Positions 61,817-64,000 of a stretch of DNA of 64,000 nucleotides are shown in pieces. Source of the stretch: an uncultured Chloroflexia bacterium. GTDB taxonomy: Bacteria; Chloroflexota; Anaerolineae; JAAYZQ01. The notes beneath the pieces are model-generated. The model did not search any database, was not told the origin of the DNA, and worked only from the letters and a program-made list of their open reading frames with translations. The position numbers and the translations under genes were made by a program. Every line of letters starts with the position of its first letter. The first letter of the stretch is position 1. Location: positions 768,001 through 832,000 of the forward strand of contig CAVOXA010000001.1 of the NCBI GenBank assembly GCA_963700285.1, written 5' to 3'.

Positions 61817-62692
61817 ATGAGTAGCAATAGACCTCGCGTCAGCATCGGGCTACCTGTATACAATGGGGCGGCATACCTGACAGAGACGCTTGACTCGTTG
61901 CTGAGCCAGACGTGGACTGATTTTGAACTCATTGTCTCGGACAACGCCTCGACAGATACCACCGAAGACATCTGCCGTTCATATGCTGCCCGAGACGCTC
62001 GCATCCGCTATCTCCGAAACCGGGAGAACCTTGGCGCAGCCGCCAACTACAATCGAGTGTTTCATCTATCATCTGGTGAGTACTTCAAGTGGGCGGCAGC
62101 TGATGACCTTTGCGCGCCGGAATTCCTCGAACGTTGCGTCGAGGTACTGGACCGGGTGTCTTCCGTGGTTCTGTGCTACCCACGGGCGCAGGCGATTGAT
62201 GAGAAGGGTAGCATCATTAGGGACTACCCGAGCAAGCCTAACGCAGATTCTGCTAAACCCCAAGAACGCTTCTTCGAGTTTGTGTGTGTGCCCCATCCTT
62301 GTGTTGCAGTATTCGGCTTGGTACGCGCCAGTGCGCTCAGGAGAACGCAGCTCATCGGCAATTTCGCCTCGGCGGATAGGCCTCTGCTTGGTGAGTTGAG
62401 TCTCCTGGGCCGCTTCTACGAGTTGTCAGAGTTCCTGTTCTTTTACAGGAACCACCCTCAGCAATCTTGGCGAGCATATCCTACTCGCCAGGCAGTGCAA
62501 GCCTGGTACGATCCAGCCAGGGCAACGAAGGTGACTTTGCCTCACTGGCGCCTTCTTCGGGAACATCTTGGCTCGATCAGGCGGGCGCCGTTGGATCGGA
62601 GTGAGCGTATTTCATGCTATCTATGCATGGCCTGGTGGGTGCGAAAGCGCTGGAAACGTCTCGCCAGGAATTTGATTCTCCAGGATTTGTGA
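61817..62692 (+). CDS. Glycosyltransferase family 2
   Basis: SIGLPVYNG, DNASTD, YFKWAAADD. Confidence 0.9.
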   Translation: MSSNRPRVSIGLPVYNGAAYLTETLDSLLSQTWTDFELIVSDNASTDTTEDICRSYAARDARIRYLRNRENLGAAANYNRVFHLSSGEYFKWAAADDLCAPEFLERCVEVLDRVSSVVLCYPRAQAIDEKGSIIRDYPSKPNADSAKPQERFFEFVCVPHPCVAVFGLVRASALRRTQLIGNFASADRPLLGELSLLGRFYELSEFLFFYRNHPQQSWRAYPTRQAVQAWYDPARATKVTLPHWRLLREHLGSIRRAPLDRSERISCYLCMAWWVRKRWKRLARNLILQDL

Positions 62693-62734
62693 TAGACCGG
62701 AGGTAGCTGTTCAATCGCGGATGGGGAGGGGATA

Positions 62735-63928
62735 ATGCACGTGGTGCTCCTGCATTTCTATTCGCATACACCGACTCCGGCCTATCAGCAGATAGCCTCT
62801 GCGTTGCGCATTCGAGGGCACACTGTCTGGGTAGGGGCTAGGGACAAGAAGGGTGACCTTGTGTGGCAGGATGGAGAGAGCGCGTTCTCGGTCACCAGTG
62901 GTCCAGCACGTCCGCCTGGATGGCTGGTGGAGATCCCATTGCTGGGATCGATAGTGGAACGATTGGTATTTCTAGGTTTCATGCTGCGGGTACGCGGTTT
63001 CCTTCGGGATTGCCTTCCGGAGATTGTTCAGGTGAATCACGCATCGGTTCGCTGGCTGGGTTTTCTGCCTCTGTTTATGCCAAAGCAGACGCACTTTGTC
63101 CTTGATTTTCGCCAGGTTGGCCAACGTGCGGCAGAGGATCCGGTTGGAAGGTTCAAAGGGTGGCTCACGGACTGGTGGCGCCGGATCTGCTCGCGGTTTA
63201 TCTATGATGCTGCCTGCTTCTTGCATCCGGCTGGCGCGAGAAGGATACTGGGAACATCCTGGCCAAAGTGGGGAGTCGTTGTCCCTCTTGGTGTGAGCCA
63301 GGGCTTTCTTGCTCTTGACTATGCGGAATCAGGGCGCCAAGAAGCCGAGGGTTCAATCAAGTTTCTCTACATCGGCACGCTGAGCCGGGTACGGCATCTG
63401 GAACAGATCCTGTATGCTGCGCGACAGGTTCTGACTGCGACCGATGACTTTCGTGTCGATTTTGTTGGCGCCGACAGCGCCCAGGGTTTCTATCAGAGCC
63501 TGATCAGCGAGCTGGGATTGGACTCCGTAGTAAGGGTAGAGAAGCCAGTACCGTACCAGGATATACCAGAAGTGATCGCGGGCTACGATGTGGCCCTGGC
63601 CTACGTACCAGAGCGGCCGGCGCATTGGCTGTATCAACCGACCATGAAGGTGCTGGAATACCGTGCAGTAGGAGTGCCCATCATAGCAAGCGATAATGAG
63701 CCGAATCGCGATGTCGTTGTGGATGGCCAGAATGGCCTGATTGTACAGAACACGCCCGAGAGTCTGGCCGAGGGGATTCGTCGTCTGGTTCTCGACCCTG
63801 TTTTTCTGGCGAGTTGTACAGAAAATGCGCGGCAGATGCGCCAAGGTGCGACATGGGACAATGTGGCCATGATGTATGAGCAAGACGTCTACCAGGCACT
63901 GATCAACCAGCCAGAGCGCACAGGCTGA
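62735..63928 (+). CDS. Glycosyltransferase family 4
   Basis: FLYIGTLSRVR, PTMKVLEYRAVGVPIIASD, GQNGL. Confidence 0.85.
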   Translation: MHVVLLHFYSHTPTPAYQQIASALRIRGHTVWVGARDKKGDLVWQDGESAFSVTSGPARPPGWLVEIPLLGSIVERLVFLGFMLRVRGFLRDCLPEIVQVNHASVRWLGFLPLFMPKQTHFVLDFRQVGQRAAEDPVGRFKGWLTDWWRRICSRFIYDAACFLHPAGARRILGTSWPKWGVVVPLGVSQGFLALDYAESGRQEAEGSIKFLYIGTLSRVRHLEQILYAARQVLTATDDFRVDFVGADSAQGFYQSLISELGLDSVVRVEKPVPYQDIPEVIAGYDVALAYVPERPAHWLYQPTMKVLEYRAVGVPIIASDNEPNRDVVVDGQNGLIVQNTPESLAEGIRRLVLDPVFLASCTENARQMRQGATWDNVAMMYEQDVYQALINQPERTG

Positions 63929-63941
63929 CCAGGGGGGCTCA

Positions 63942-64000
63942 TTGAGTGGAAATGAAGTGGACATAAGTCGACCGATATTTATTATTGGTTCGGGTCGGTC
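63942..64000 (+). CDS. Start of a probable third sulfotransferase, truncated by window edge
   Basis: Translates (M)SGNEVDISRPIFIIGSGRS, matching the sulfotransferase N-terminal PIFIxGxxRSG(T) 5'-PSB motif; too short for the ORF track. Confidence 0.65.
   Translation, partial: MSGNEVDISRPIFIIGSGR

Overview
Bacterial chromosomal window with high GC. Protein styles, a T-box leader and a Wzc-type locus with no outer-membrane export gene point to a Chloroflexota (probably Anaerolineae) genome; this is inference. 1-12.8 kb is housekeeping: fakA/DAK2, degV, a degV remnant with an internal deletion, recG, coaD, a coiled-coil protein, DUF177, rpmF, an acyl-CoA dehydrogenase, fabD, fabG, asp23, nusB, tatB and tatC. 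13-36.4 kb holds a methyltransferase, an orphan parA with a small partner, fbp, an EEP hydrolase, a TesI-like ketosteroid dehydrogenase, ggt, sppA, a flavoprotein, a PqqB-like protein, an M6 peptidase, ftsH, T-box-pheS-pheT, a STAND NTPase-TM-TolB propeller protein and a PflX-like radical SAM protein. 36.9-42.4 kb is a BldN-like ECF sigma factor followed by a 1595-aa DUF5667 anti-sigma with 11 extracellular ~115-aa repeats. 42.5-64 kb is a large Wzc/Wzy polysaccharide cluster that runs off the right edge. It has three sulfotransferases of two glycosaminoglycan-type classes (the third truncated at the edge), an AlgD-type dehydrogenase, a toroid protein that may be a uronate epimerase, a WbpB/E/D-like trio, the heptose genes hddA and gmhA, and two priming transferases, one of which has lost its catalytic Asp-Glu dyad. 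The best candidate for an undescribed system is a sulfated, uronic-acid-rich (glycosaminoglycan/alginate-like) polymer locus, possibly controlled by the adjacent giant-sensor ECF pair. Many essential genes at 2.4-8.2 kb and 25-32 kb carry single-base insertions; these look like long-read consensus errors rather than real pseudogenes.
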